Shown one piece after another: positions 55,016-64,000 of a stretch of 64,000 bases of DNA. Every line of letters starts with the position of its first letter. The stretch's first letter is position 1. Made by a program: the position numbers and the translations under genes. The notes beneath the pieces are model-generated. The model saw only the letters and a program-made list of their open reading frames with translations, was not told the DNA's origin and ran no database searches. Source of the stretch: the human T2T-CHM13v2.0 reference genome, Homo sapiens; NCBI RefSeq assembly GCF_009914755.1, contig NC_060944.1; one strand, 5' to 3'.

Positions 55016-58000
55016 TCAATTTCTGCTGCAGAATTTTAAAAAGCACTCTAGGAGAGTGTCATTTACTGATGCATTTGATATTATAAAGGCCCTGTCTAGG
55101 TTTTGGGACCACAGATGGAGGGCAGTGGTATCACCTTTCAATAATGTTAACCCCCACCTCTAGAAGATATGAGTATTTTGTGTATGGACTCAATGGAGTC
55201 ACCAGGGCACAGTCACAACAGCAGCTTTACAAAGTAAAGTGACACATAGAGGCCTGGATATCTAAGTAAAGTGATTAGCAGGATTATTGAGCTGGACAGA
55301 ACCTTAGAGATCATATAATCAGACTTCTGAATTGGTGAAGAAACCTAGAGAGAGAGGTAGCTGCAGACCAGCATAGAGTCCAAGGCAGACATCTGGTAAC
55401 TTCATCAGATTTGTACTTTTGTTTTGATTTCAGAATTTTGATTCTGCAACATCAACAGCAGGAAGACATCTTACACAGAATAGTAGCCAAAGTTTAATCA
55501 TTTAAACAGTTCCCAAGAATCTTGTTGTAGAGAAATGACATTTTATGTGGGGTCATAAAATGATTGCATGAAAGCATTCTAAGTGTGAAAGAACCTACTC
55601 TGCCACCAAGGTTCTAAGTACCTGCCTCGCTGTACCCCTGCTCACGCTCTTGCTCTGATAGGAGGGGAGAAATTGGCTCATGAACTTAAAGCTGCTGGTG
55701 TTTCTCCTCGCTTGGCACCTCCCCCTTGGCTGTAATGACTACTCAGGAGTAGAGCCTCTGACTTCAGACAACACAGCTGGGAAGGGGGAAATGGTTCAGA
55801 ATCCAACATTGCCTTATGACTCTTCATATTTCTGTTTGATTGTGGTTATAACAACTTGAGAAATTCTTTGGCTACAGTTGAAGGGGTGCTCAACCAAAAT
55901 GATGGCAGATTGTTGTTTTTGGCAGCACCTCCCTGCAGGGTGCAGATGGTTAGAAGCTTTTGTTTCAATATTAGGCCAGGCAGTAGGGGGAGATAGAGAG
56001 CTCCTTTTTTGTCAACTTTGGAGTAAATTCGTCTTTCCTATGATGATCAAAGCCAGTATCTCAGTGTCCTATCATGGTAAGGACAGATGGGAGCCGGTGA
56101 TCTAATTGTCATTTTAGGTAAGAGCCCTTGGGTTTATGTGAACACTTCAGGGTCACAGAGGAAGCCAGTGAGGACCAGTACCTGGATCTTCTGACTCCTA
56201 ACTACAGTGATCATCCACTGTGTTCTCCTGGGAGCTGAGAGGCCCTGCCTAGTGCCGGCCCCCTCCTCTCAGTCCTCTAAACTCACTGCCCTTCTGTAGT
56301 ATTCAAGTCTGTCCTCCCTAGGCTGGCAGCTCTGTCAGCACCCAGGTTGTTAGAATAGTTGTTAAAACAGGTCATTCTGTTGCCAAGTAATTACGGGGCC
56401 TTGCACTCAGTACCTTCCCACGAAGCAGGCCGTAGTGTGCTTACTGCTCTCCCTTGCCTTTCCATCCCCTACTTTGATGTGGGAGTTTTCTTTCTTTTTA
56501 CTTTTCTTTTATTTTCTTTTTTTCCGCCAGTTTCCCTCCAATATGTGAGGACTTTTATTGAGTTAATGTGTGGGCTTCTGTGAGTGATTTGGAGTTCCTT
56601 GGATTTCTTTTATTCATTTTAGTCTACTGACCCTACTGCTTAGGCCCAGTTTATAGCTGGAGCTTTTATCTGTTGGGTGTGTGTGTGTTTCTTTATTACA
56701 ATGTGAAACCTATGATACTTATTTTTCACTCCAGGAAAATAATGCCACATTATAATGTACTTCACATACTTAGTGACTTAAGAACATGATTTGCCAACAT
56801 TTGAGACTTTGAGACTTTACATTGAAAAAGTGACACGGTTTTAAGGCTTTCCCAGCAAGAATTCATGCCTTTAGCCATAGTACCGTTTTCATATTTGTAG
56901 CCCAACTTCTGTGGGCAGTGTAACCCCTGCTTGATGGAACAGTGCCACTGAGTTTCAGCTGGTATATGTAGCACTAATTTTTCATATTTATGGAATGCAT
57001 ATAATATGAAGTTAAAACAGCACCTGGGCCTCTTATTACTCCTGCCTGCCAGAACATTCACTCTGGTTCAACTAGTACTCAGGGTTTTTGTTTTTGTTTT
57101 TGTTTTCTTTTTTTGATTGTAAAAGTAATACATCAGAGGAAACTTAGCAAATAAGTATAAAGAATAAAATTAGTCTCATTACCCAGAGATAACTATTTTT
57201 AATTTTTGCGTATTTCCTTTTCCTCTTAGTTTAAAATTAAACTGAATGATAACTTGCAGATAATTTTCTGTCATGCTTTTTTCTTAACATGATTATTTTT
57301 CCTTGTAAATAAAAACTTTATAAACATTGTAAATGATTGCTTGAATACCTGTGGTTGGATAGTCAATGATTATTTGTATTGAGCACTTGTATGTTTCTGT
57401 CTCTGTCTCTTAGCTTTAGGCTAACTTTCAGTGTTTGGATTATTTTCTTCCTGTAGATTTCTAGAAGTGGTTCTATGTATATGTGCAGATGTCTGCTTGT
57501 CTTTTAAGTATACTGAAGGTCATATACATTTCACGGTCTCTGCCACCAGAATGCGTTCCTGCTGTAGGAGTTCTTGTCTTTTCCAAAGCATCTTAACCAG
57601 TCTAGGACTTCATTGAGCTTATTTTGTATAAACCTCTATACAAGTTAAGGATTAGTCTTTTGTTTTATGAAGGAGTAAACACAGAATAGTTTAATTAGAC
57701 TAATGGAGCTCTCTTCTGGCTTTTAAATGATCTTGTTTACATTTGAGATAGCTGTGTGAAAATAGCACATACTTCTACTATAACATTGACTTGAGTGAGC
57801 ATAATATTGAGAGCAAGGTTCAGATTGCAGAAATTTGAGCTGCCTGTTTGACCTAGTGGGTGCAAGTTATTTTGAGCAAGGTTCTATTTTAGTCTTTATG
57901 AATGTTCTTACTACTGTTAAGGTGGGCCTTCTACTCCCACTTAAAATTGGGATTCTGAAGAAAGTTAAAATTGGATTGTGGCATACTTTGCAATCTTGGA

Positions 58001-59248
58001 AGTTAATCTCTGACTTTGTTTTTCTGTCTCTAAAATGTTAGACTTGAAATAGATCAGAAAGAGTCATTTTCTGAGATCAGGGCAAAGTATTCTGGTTATA
58101 ATCAGGAGTCAAGTGAAACCTTTGCAGATGAAAGCCATGAGCCCCAAAGATATGGCATGCTTTATGTGAAGAGGATGGTACTAGCCAGCTGTCATGATGG
58201 CTGTGCAAGCCTCCTTATTTGTTTTTTTCCTTATTGAGGTCCTTTATCTTTAAACATCTGTAGGAAGAAGTATGATTAGCTCTCTTTGCCTAATTCTGCC
58301 AGTAGCTACTTTGAGAATTTCAAGCACAATAACTTCGCAAACTTCAACTCAACAAAAATTTACCAGCAGCCTTTCTGAGAATTATTGGGGTTTGGACAGT
58401 AATTATGAATGGACAAATCCTACTTTTACTCATGATGTCCTTTTCCCAGTCCTTTCCTTTTGCTCACAGTGTGTCTGTTCTGTGGGGCATAGACTCAGTA
58501 GGAATTGTTCCCTTTAAGATACCATTTACCCCAATTATGGTGCAGTGATGATGATCTGCTTTGCATATTTCAGGTTCTTTTTGGCTTTTTCCATTGAAGC
58601 CAGTGGTCCTCCCAGCGTTTTATCTTTGATGTGACTTTTCATTGATAAAGTAACACTTTACCTTCCTGGGACAACAGATTCCAACACCTTAACTAATCTG
58701 AAGTTGTTAGCTTCCACCTTCCCTCGTCACATGGGACCTTTAGGGCCAATTTATTTTCCTGCCCACATGAGAAGTCTCCAGTAAACTAGCTGAAGGTCCT
58801 CAGCATGTAGCATGCTTTGTCTCTCCAGTGTTTAAAAGAAATCATCACATTCACATGAGCATACCCTCTGCACCACCCTCCCTTTATAACTACCACCATA
58901 TCCACTTCCCTTGCTGCCTCTGCTTCTCAGCCTGTTGCAGCTTGGCATGCATGTCTACATTCCACCCAAGTGGCTGTCTTCAGAATTTCCCCCCTTCCCC
59001 CCACCCCTGCCCCCAGTGGTCTAATCTCAAAACCCAAAAGGTACTTCTTAGTCTCTGCCTCTTGGCTCCCTTTCTCTTTTTGGCCCTGTCTGCAGCATTT
59101 AATATTACTGTATTACAATGTATTTGCATTTCTGGTTTCTGTGTACCACCCTCTGCTGGTTCTTCTGCTTTTTCATCCTTCAATAAGCTTTTCTCCATGC
59201 CTTTATTGTAAATGTTGCCATTCCTTTAGCCTTTTCTCATTCTGGACC

Positions 59249-59545
59249 TTTTTTTTTTTTTTTTGAGATGGAGTCTCGCTGTTGCCCAGGCTGTAGTGCA
59301 GTGGTGCGATCTGGACTCACTGCAACCTCCCACCTCCTGACTTCAAGCAATTCTTCTGCCTCAGCCTCCTGAGTAGTTGGGATTACAGGCACCCACCACC
59401 ACACCCAGCTAATTTTTGTATTTTTAGTAGAGACGGGGTTTCACCATGTTGACCAGGCGAGTCTTGAACTCATGACCTCAGGAGATCCACCCGCCTCAGC
59501 CTCCCAAAGCGCTGGGATTACAGACATGAGCCACTGCACCAGGCC
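59249..59545 (-). mobile_element. Alu (AluS)
   Basis: TSD TGGACCTTT. Confidence 0.93.
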
Positions 59546-59559
59546 TGGACCTTTTCCTT

Positions 59560-60900
<1,341 letters not shown>

Positions 60901-61570
60901 CTGTATTGTCACTCAGGCATGTCCAACCCACTCCTGATACTTGGCCCACTGTCCTGATCTCAGAGTGGCAAGTACCGATGTCACTTGGTTCATCTCTAGA
61001 CAAGGTCGGTGTCTGCCTTTGATGGGGACTCTTTCCAGTCTGAGGATGTTGCTCGATGGACTTCTTCTCACTAAGCCTATAGCTTGATGGACTGACTGGA
61101 CTATGGTACCACCAAGTTTAAAAATTCTGTGATTTTTTTTTGTTTTCCAATATTATAGGTAGACCTTTAAGGAAAAAGAGGTGCCCTCGGTCAAAGATCC
61201 TTTCCTTTTCTCAAGGCAGCTTCTAGTAAATGTGCTAAATTTTAAGGATATAATCAAATGGTTTCTGGGAGAAAGGATCTTGTATCCCATTAATAATTCT
61301 TTTTCTTCAACTCTGCATGTCTTTTCTTGACATATTATAAATCAGGAAGATTAAGTATTGCTCATAAAATAATAGAATATGGGAGGGGTGAGTGTTCTTT
61401 CTCCATCAGATCTGTCGATTCAAATGGAACAGTTTAGCAAGTGCCTGTTCTCACCCAAGCTTCCCCCGTGCCATAGGCGTTGTTTTCATTCCCATCTCAT
61501 ACATAGGAGCCCAGTGAGTTTGTCACATGTTATATCCTAGGCACATGGAAGTGTAGGATAGGAACTTGGA

Positions 61571-64000
<2,430 letters not shown>

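Overview
Human/primate genomic DNA with a CpG-island bidirectional promoter at about 15.3-16.6 kb. To the right (+ strand) are coding exons 1-6 of RPRD1B (CREPT), an RNA Pol II CTD-interacting-domain protein. I joined the exons by hand at canonical GT-AG junctions: 151+130+134+113+127+176 = 831 nt = 277 codons, in frame with no stops. The final exon lies beyond the window. To the left (- strand) is a short non-coding first exon and long first intron, which I assign to TTI1 from recalled gene order; no TTI1 coding sequence is in the window. The rest is intron, dense with Alu, L1, L2, MIR, Tigger/MER2, hAT MERs and LTRs, plus a Y3 RNA retropseudogene. There is no CRISPR, rRNA or tRNA, and no clearly novel protein-coding system. 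The most interesting signals are RNA-processing architecture. These are candidate poison or alternative terminal exons that would truncate RPRD1B (possible autoregulation of a termination-linked factor), inverted Alus bracketing exons 4-6 (circRNA), an Alu with intact splice sites in the TTI1 leader intron, and a strong splice donor upstream of the RPRD1B ATG. Repeat subfamily names come from memory of consensus sequences, and repeat boundaries are approximate.
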